In this document: positions 58,520 through 64,000 of the stretch, one piece after another
Numbering within the stretch: position 1 is the first letter of the stretch
Layout: each line of letters opens with the position of its first letter
Source of the DNA: Bacillota bacterium
GTDB taxonomy: Bacteria; Bacillota; Dehalobacteriia; UBA4068; UBA4997
DNA: 64,000 bases
Assembly: GCA_021771915.1 (NCBI GenBank)
Contig: JAETNY010000004.1
Span: 80,945 to 144,944 of the forward strand
Reading direction: 5' to 3'
Program-made: the position numbers and the translations under genes
Notes under the pieces: model-generated
The model's input: the letters and a program-made list of their open reading frames with translations, nothing else
Databases searched by the model: none
Told to the model about the DNA's origin: nothing

Positions 58520-58529
58520 ATATTATAAT

Positions 58530-58616
58530 TGGTGCCGAAGGTGGGACTTGAACCCACACGTTGTTGCCAACATCGGATTTTGAGTCCGACGCGTCTGCCA
58601 ATTCCACCACTTCGGC
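58530..58616 (-). tRNA. tRNA-Leu (anticodon CAA), class II with a long variable arm and encoded CCA
   Basis: The minus-strand sequence is GCCGAAGTGGTGGAATTGGCAGACGCGTCGGACTCAAAATCCGATGTTGGCAACAACGTGTGGGTTCAAGTCCCACCTTCGGCACCA. The acceptor stem GCCGAAG pairs with CTTCGGC, the anticodon loop is CTCAAAA, and the T-loop is GGTTCAAGTCC. Confidence 0.92.
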
Positions 58617-58636
58617 ATGTTTACCAAGCGATTATT

Positions 58637-58665
58637 ATTATACATCATTACTTAGACAAATGCAA
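58637..58665 (-). promoter_or_regulatory. dedicated promoter of tRNA-Leu
   Basis: On the minus strand: TTGCAT (58665-58660), a 17-nt spacer, then TATAAT (58642-58637). Confidence 0.6.
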
Positions 58666-58857
58666 GCCTTTTTGGAAAATTTTTTTAATTTTTTTAAAAA
58701 AATTTTATTAAATTAATATTTCCTGTAATAAGCTGGATTTTTTTGCAGGAAAAAGTCTGTCAATGCCGAAATAAAACTATGGTTTTATACGTATTTTTAT
58801 ATATAGCCAATCTTTTATTAATTATAATTACTTTTAACATAGAAAGGGGGTAATTTT

Positions 58858-59574
58858 TTGAGCAACCAGCAAGACGCCATTATCAAAGTTAAAAATCTGA
58901 AAAAAGTTTATACCATTGGTTCAGAGCGTGTTATAGCTTTAGCTGGTATTGATATGACCATTAAGCGAGGAGAAATTTGCTGTCTTTTTGGTCCCTCTGG
59001 TTCAGGAAAATCTACATTATTAAATATGTTGGCTGGTCTGGAAAAACCTACAACTGGTCAAATCAGTATCAATAATGCCAGAATAGATAAAATGAATGAA
59101 AAACAGCTGGCTAATTTTCGACGTACTAATTTTGGCTTTGTTTTTCAATCTTATAATCTGCTGCCTGCCTTAACAGCTTTGGAAAATGTGGAAATGCCAA
59201 TGATTTTCCGTGGTGTCAGTCATGAGTTGCGTCGTAAACAGGCATTGAAAATGCTGCAATATGTTGGCCTGAAAGACCGGGTTAAACATAGACCGACCCA
59301 GATGAGCGGCGGTCAGCAGCAGCGTGTGGGCATTGCTCGAGCTTTTGTGGCTCACCCTCCTGTAATTTTTGCAGATGAGCCAACCGGCAACCTAGATACG
59401 CATACTACCTATGAGGTTATGGATATGATGTCTAAAATGGTTAAAGAACGCAATTCTACCATGATTATTGTTACACATGATAACGAAATTGCTGAATACG
59501 GCGACCATATAATTAAAATTCGTGATGGTAAAATTTTGGAGGAAAGCTGGCGTGATGAGGCAACAGCAACATAA
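58858..59574 (+). CDS. ABC transporter ATP-binding protein, MacB/LolD/FtsE-like
   Basis: GPSGSGKST, LSGGQQQRVGIARA and IFADEPTGNLD. TTG start with RBS AAAGGGGG. Confidence 0.95.
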   Translation: MSNQQDAIIKVKNLKKVYTIGSERVIALAGIDMTIKRGEICCLFGPSGSGKSTLLNMLAGLEKPTTGQISINNARIDKMNEKQLANFRRTNFGFVFQSYNLLPALTALENVEMPMIFRGVSHELRRKQALKMLQYVGLKDRVKHRPTQMSGGQQQRVGIARAFVAHPPVIFADEPTGNLDTHTTYEVMDMMSKMVKERNSTMIIVTHDNEIAEYGDHIIKIRDGKILEESWRDEATAT

Positions 59575-59661
59575 TAAGCCCTTTAAGGTATAAAATAAGG
59601 CGAAAATGTAATAGTTTATAGTTTCTCCAATATTTCAATATCTTATAGTTATTTATAAAGG

Positions 59662-61389
59662 ATGGAAATGATTATGAATTTGAAAAGATTTGCAGTCTGT
59701 TTTCTAACTCTGATTTGCATGCTTTATGCTATGCCAGCTTTTGCTGGTGATGTTTGGGGTGAAGAGGATAGACCAGATTTCACAATGTATGTTGACAGTT
59801 CGGTTATTACTCCCGGCAAAGAGTCAACGGTTACAATTACTTTTAATAATACCAGTAATTACAATGCATTTTATGCTTATGCACTTTTAACAGCCAGCGA
59901 AGATAACACCAAAATTTTTGGTGATGACGGCGGCAACTACATATCACGTGATGTCGGCACTTTGAAACGCAATGGCAATACCAGTGTAAATTTTGTTTTT
60001 ACACCTTCCAAGGATTTGAAATCCGGCAGTTATGATATGAAAGTTACATTGGTTTATAAAACCAGACAGGGTTTTGTGCATACTAAGGAAAGCACAATGA
60101 GGCTGACCGTGGATTCCGGAACGCCGGTGGATTTAACAATTCCGGAAAGTTCAGTTTCCGGAGAAAATGGAAAAGCAGTTTATGGTCAGCCTTTTCAGCT
60201 GGACGTGGCGCTTGCCAATAATGGTCAGACCATTGCCAGAGATGTTCATGTAACTCTGAATAATCTGAGTGCGGAAACTATTTTCCAGACCGGCATTTAT
60301 GATGCGCCAACTTTTCAGGCCATTAAAGGCTATGAAGTGCAGCATTTAACATTCTATTTAATGACTAATGAAGATATCAAAACAGGCTATTATCCAGTTG
60401 AGTTAAAGCTTACATATAAGGAAAACGGCGAGGCTAAAGAAAAAGTTTTAAGCGTTTATGTTGACGTGGAAGGCTCGCCGGACACGGAAGATGAGGACAG
60501 TAAAATTTCTGTACCCCGTGTTATTTTGTCTGATTATTCGCTCAACCCGTCCACGGTTAATATGGGTGAAAATTTTACTTTCTCTTTCACCATTCAGAAT
60601 ACCAGTACGGAACGCACTGTAAAAAATTTGCAGGTTTCTTTAACCTCATCAGAAGGTACAGTTATGCCAGCCAGTGGCAGTAACAGTTTTTACGTGGCAG
60701 AAATTGCCCCTAATGAAACTAAAACCCTAAGCTTGCAAATGACCACTAAATATGATACAGAAAAGACAACTTATCCGCTGGCGCTTAATTTTAACTATGA
60801 AGACAGCAAAGCAAACCCATACACTTCAACAGTAGATTTAACTATACCAGTTTTTTTGCCAACTAAATTTACGCTGCAAAATCAAAATTATCCGGAAACC
60901 GGTATTGTAGGTCAGGGCAATTATCTTAGCCTGGAATATATCAATAAGGGCAAAGGCACTATCTATAATTTAACGGCCAGTATTGAGGGTAATGTACAAA
61001 CAGATGTTGGTTCCAGCAGCTATATCGGTAATGTGGAAAGCGGCCGTTCTGACTCTTTGGAAATTATGATTACACCTATGGAAGCTGGTGTGCAGAACTG
61101 CAAACTGGTTTTCACTTATGAAGATGCAGCCGGTAATCAGCTGCGCACTGAAGAACCATTTGTGATGACGGTTGAGGAAGCGCCGCAGATAGAAGACCCA
61201 GGCATGATGGACCCAGGTATGGAAATACCAGTGGAAGATGAAAGTGGGATGCCCGGTTGGCTGCTGCCGGTTGTTGGTGTGGTTGTTCTTATTGCTGCTG
61301 CCACAGCGTTTGTTGTCATCAACAAAAAACGCAAGGCCAAGAAGCTGGCAGAGGAGGAAGCTCTGTTTGCCAGTGAAAATGACCAGTAA
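59662..61389 (+). CDS. type I membrane-anchored surface protein with about four or five CARDB/COG1361-like beta-sandwich repeats
   Basis: Signal peptide (MPAFA|GD). The recurrent motif is TITFNNTSNYNA / LDVALANNGQTIARDVHVTLNNLS / FSFTIQNTSTERTVKNLQVSLTS / LEYINKGKGTIYNLTASIEG. An acidic PG-rich linker, a C-terminal TM and a KKRKAKK stop-transfer follow. The start is probably ATG 59668 or 59674. Confidence 0.6.
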   Translation: MEMIMNLKRFAVCFLTLICMLYAMPAFAGDVWGEEDRPDFTMYVDSSVITPGKESTVTITFNNTSNYNAFYAYALLTASEDNTKIFGDDGGNYISRDVGTLKRNGNTSVNFVFTPSKDLKSGSYDMKVTLVYKTRQGFVHTKESTMRLTVDSGTPVDLTIPESSVSGENGKAVYGQPFQLDVALANNGQTIARDVHVTLNNLSAETIFQTGIYDAPTFQAIKGYEVQHLTFYLMTNEDIKTGYYPVELKLTYKENGEAKEKVLSVYVDVEGSPDTEDEDSKISVPRVILSDYSLNPSTVNMGENFTFSFTIQNTSTERTVKNLQVSLTSSEGTVMPASGSNSFYVAEIAPNETKTLSLQMTTKYDTEKTTYPLALNFNYEDSKANPYTSTVDLTIPVFLPTKFTLQNQNYPETGIVGQGNYLSLEYINKGKGTIYNLTASIEGNVQTDVGSSSYIGNVESGRSDSLEIMITPMEAGVQNCKLVFTYEDAAGNQLRTEEPFVMTVEEAPQIEDPGMMDPGMEIPVEDESGMPGWLLPVVGVVVLIAAATAFVVINKKRKAKKLAEEEALFASENDQ

Positions 61390-61398
61390 TAACCGGCC

Positions 61399-62739
61399 AT
61401 GAATTTTTGGGATATATTGAAGATGGCCGGCGGCAATTTTTTACGCCGCAAAGCCAGAACTATGCTCACCGTGGCTGGTGTAGTCATTGGCACTATGGCA
61501 GTAGTGATTATGATTTCTATTGGCCAGGGCTTGGAGCAGGGCTATACAGAACAACTAAAATCCTGGGGCAGTTTAACACAGGTACAGGTTAATCGCAGTT
61601 GGGGTGGTTCTGATGAGGAACAGAAATATTTAGACGATGAACTGATTACTTCGCTTGACAAGATTGAACATGTGGTGGCCTCTTTGCCCACAACTCGACG
61701 TTATGCCGGCTTGGTGCGTGGTCGAACAATTTGCGAAAACTCATTTATTGGCGTAGATATGACCAAGCTGCAATATTATAAATTAACTTTAGACAATGGC
61801 GAACCGGTAACCAGTGAAATGCTAGAGAACAACGGTTATGTTATGGGCTATAATACAGTATTTGATTTTTATAACCCCAAAAAAGGTTGGACGGAAGATA
61901 ACTCGGCCTATGATGACGAAGGCAACCCCAAACCATTGCCTTTTGACCCAACCAATGATGATACGCGTATTAAAATGGTTTTTGATACTTCTTATTACTG
62001 GGGAGGCGGCGGTAATAAACCCAAAGGGTATGATATATATTGTAATGGTGTATTAAAGCAGGGCGGTGAATATAATTATTCCATTATTATGGATATGAAA
62101 ACCCTGGATACTCTTTACAAAAAATATCTGAAAGATAGTCGTGTTAAAGAAAATGACCGCGATAATGATGCAAATAAGAATAAATATGATACAGTTTATG
62201 TTGAAGTTGATAACATGAACAATGTCACTGCTGTGCAAAAAGAAATTGACGCTATGGGCTATAATACTTGGAGCGCCACAGAACTTTTGGAAAATGTTAA
62301 AGAACAAATGGCCATGATTCAGGCAGTTTTGGGTGGTATTGGCGCAATTTCTTTCCTGGTTGCAGCTATTGGTATCAGCAACACCATGGTAATGTCTACC
62401 TATGAACGCACACGAGAAATTGGTATTATGAAAGTTTTGGGCTGCAAGTTATCCAATATTATGACATTATTCCTGCTGGAAGCAGCAATTATTGGTTTAT
62501 GCGGCGGCATTTTGGGTATTGGTTTCAGCTATGGTGTATCAGCCATACTTAATTATTTTTCAGCCAGCGGCGCCTTATCTGGTATTGGCGCTGGTGATGG
62601 CATGCCGATTTCAGTTATTCCGCTTTGGCTGGCAATCTGCGGTGCTATTTTCTCTACGCTGATTGGTTTGATTTCCGGTTTTTATCCGGCGCTGCGCGCC
62701 ACACGCCTGTCTGCGCTGGAAGCTATAAAAAATGAGTAA
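61399..62739 (+). CDS. ABC transporter permease, MacB/FtsX family (4 TM with a large extracytoplasmic domain)
   Basis: TM1 is followed by an external domain of about 260 aa and then the FtsX domain (ISNTMVMSTYERTREIGIMKVLG, GFYPALRATR). Confidence 0.9.
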   Translation: MNFWDILKMAGGNFLRRKARTMLTVAGVVIGTMAVVIMISIGQGLEQGYTEQLKSWGSLTQVQVNRSWGGSDEEQKYLDDELITSLDKIEHVVASLPTTRRYAGLVRGRTICENSFIGVDMTKLQYYKLTLDNGEPVTSEMLENNGYVMGYNTVFDFYNPKKGWTEDNSAYDDEGNPKPLPFDPTNDDTRIKMVFDTSYYWGGGGNKPKGYDIYCNGVLKQGGEYNYSIIMDMKTLDTLYKKYLKDSRVKENDRDNDANKNKYDTVYVEVDNMNNVTAVQKEIDAMGYNTWSATELLENVKEQMAMIQAVLGGIGAISFLVAAIGISNTMVMSTYERTREIGIMKVLGCKLSNIMTLFLLEAAIIGLCGGILGIGFSYGVSAILNYFSASGALSGIGAGDGMPISVIPLWLAICGAIFSTLIGLISGFYPALRATRLSALEAIKNE

Positions 62740-62823
62740 TTTAGATATTGCATAAAAGTATTAAGTATGTTAAAATAAACATTCAATAACATATATTTTA
62801 TTAAGATTTTTGGAGGAAAAAGT

Positions 62824-63096
62824 ATGCGTGCAATTATTACGGTTCTTGGTAAGGATAACCTGGGTATTATTTATAATGTGACCAAAATCGTTTCAGAACA
62901 TCAGGCCAATATATTAGATATATCACAGACCATTATGAGCGAGGATATTTTTGCCATGTTTATGTTGGTTGATGTGGCCAAGCTGGACAGTGATTATAAA
63001 ACGATGGCAGCAGAACTGAAAGCTTTCGGCGATGCTAACGGTTATGCTATTCATGTGCAGCGTGAAGATGTTTTCAATGCTATGCACAGCATATAA
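62824..63096 (+). CDS. ACT domain-containing protein (UPF0237 family)
   Basis: 90 aa with the ITVLGKDNLGIIYNVTKIVSEHQANILDISQT motif. Confidence 0.9.
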   Translation: MRAIITVLGKDNLGIIYNVTKIVSEHQANILDISQTIMSEDIFAMFMLVDVAKLDSDYKTMAAELKAFGDANGYAIHVQREDVFNAMHSI

Positions 63097-63108
63097 GGAG
63101 GCCGCCAA

Positions 63109-64000
63109 ATGACCAAGCTTGCACATTCTGATATTTTAGAAACAATTAAAATGGTAGACGACCAACATCTGGACGTTCGTACGATTACGATGGGTATATC
63201 TTTGCTGGACTGTCTCAGTGATAACATTGATACTGTTTGTCGTAAAATTTATGATAAAATAACCAGTAAAGCCTCCAATTTGGTGCGAACAGGTGAGGAT
63301 ATTGAATTGGAATTTGGTATTCCAATCGTTAACAAACGTATTTCTGTTACACCAATTTCACTGCTGGCCAATCCTTTTACCTCACAGGATTGCGTAAAAA
63401 TAGCCCAGACTCTTGATAAAGCAGCCCAAAGCACTGGTGTTAACTTTTTAGGCGGTTTTTCTGCATTGGTGCATAAGGGCTATACCAAAGGCGATAAGGT
63501 TCTGATTGAAGCAATTCCCGAAGCTTTGGCCTGCACGGAACTGGTTTGTGGTTCCGTTAATATTGGTACCACTAAAGCTGGTATGAATATGGACGCCATA
63601 CGCCAAATGGGCGAGATTGTCAAGACATTAGCAGAGCGTACAGCTGACCGTGCTGGTTTTGGTTGTGCAAAACTTGTAGTTTTTTGCAATGCGCCAGAAG
63701 ACAATCCTTTTATGGCTGGCGCTTTTCATGGCATTGGTGAGCCGGAAACTGTTATCAATGTTGGGGTATCCGGCCCCGGCGTGGTAAAATATGCGCTGGA
63801 AAAAATTAAAGGCCAGGATTTCGGTGTAGTAGCGGAAATTATTAAGAAAACTGCTTTCAAAGTCACCCGTATGGGACAGTTGGTAGCACAGGAGGCAAGC
63901 CGTCGCTTAAATACTCAATTTGGTATTGTTGACCTTTCTCTGGCTCCAACTCCGGCTGTTGGAGATAGTGTAGCTACGATTCTGGAAGAAATGGGGCTGG
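63109..64000 (+). CDS. UPF0210 / DUF711 (PFL-family) protein, N-terminal about 297 codons; 3' end lies outside the window
   Basis: My own translation begins [35 protein letters not shown] and stays open to the window end. RBS AAGGAGG. This is the classic partner of the UPF0237 ACT protein. Confidence 0.9.
   Translation, partial: MTKLAHSDILETIKMVDDQHLDVRTITMGISLLDCLSDNIDTVCRKIYDKITSKASNLVRTGEDIELEFGIPIVNKRISVTPISLLANPFTSQDCVKIAQTLDKAAQSTGVNFLGGFSALVHKGYTKGDKVLIEAIPEALACTELVCGSVNIGTTKAGMNMDAIRQMGEIVKTLAERTADRAGFGCAKLVVFCNAPEDNPFMAGAFHGIGEPETVINVGVSGPGVVKYALEKIKGQDFGVVAEIIKKTAFKVTRMGQLVAQEASRRLNTQFGIVDLSLAPTPAVGDSVATILEEMGL

Noticed and set aside
58529-58711. A 60-aa plus-strand ORF.
   Set aside because: It is the antisense reading of the tRNA-Leu gene and its promoter.

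Overview
This is a chromosomal segment from a Bacillota (Firmicutes)-type bacterium, with moderate GC, GGAGG-type ribosome binding sites and frequent TTG/GTG starts. I cannot assign a genus. The murG-murC-murB order, the frdCAB-type operon and the chemotaxis gene would fit an anaerobic Negativicutes- or Clostridia-like organism.

Bases 1-47.5 kb are mostly core genes:
- a polyprenyl synthase fragment, a gamma-CA-like protein and recA;
- a long dcw cell-wall and division cluster: mraZ-rsmH-ftsL-PBP-murE-mraY-murD-ftsW-murG-murC-murB-murA-ftsQ-ftsZ, with no murF, ddl or ftsA;
- relA-dtd-MBL-hisS-aspS, followed by a probable 6S RNA and pyrF;
- a convergent MFS exporter and a His-rich Zn/Cd-type P1B ATPase;
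- nfeD-floA, tgt-yajC-secD-secF, recJ, miaB and a B-type succinate dehydrogenase/fumarate reductase operon.

Bases 47.5-62.7 kb look accessory:
- an orphan ORF appended to the frd operon;
- two divergent modules pairing a small XRE regulator with small membrane proteins;
- an exported ComEC-like MBL hydrolase;
- a YtrA-type GntR operon (GT2-GtrA fusion, ABC-2 exporter, VanZ);
- an orphan solute-binding lipoprotein next to a chemoreceptor;
- a lone tRNA-Leu(CAA);
- a MacB/FtsX-type ABC system that encloses a multi-domain CARDB-like surface protein.

The window ends with the conserved ACT/UPF0210 pair. I saw no CRISPR array, transposase, integrase or rRNA. All calls come from reading the ORF translations and the nucleotide sequence by eye. 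No database search was run.
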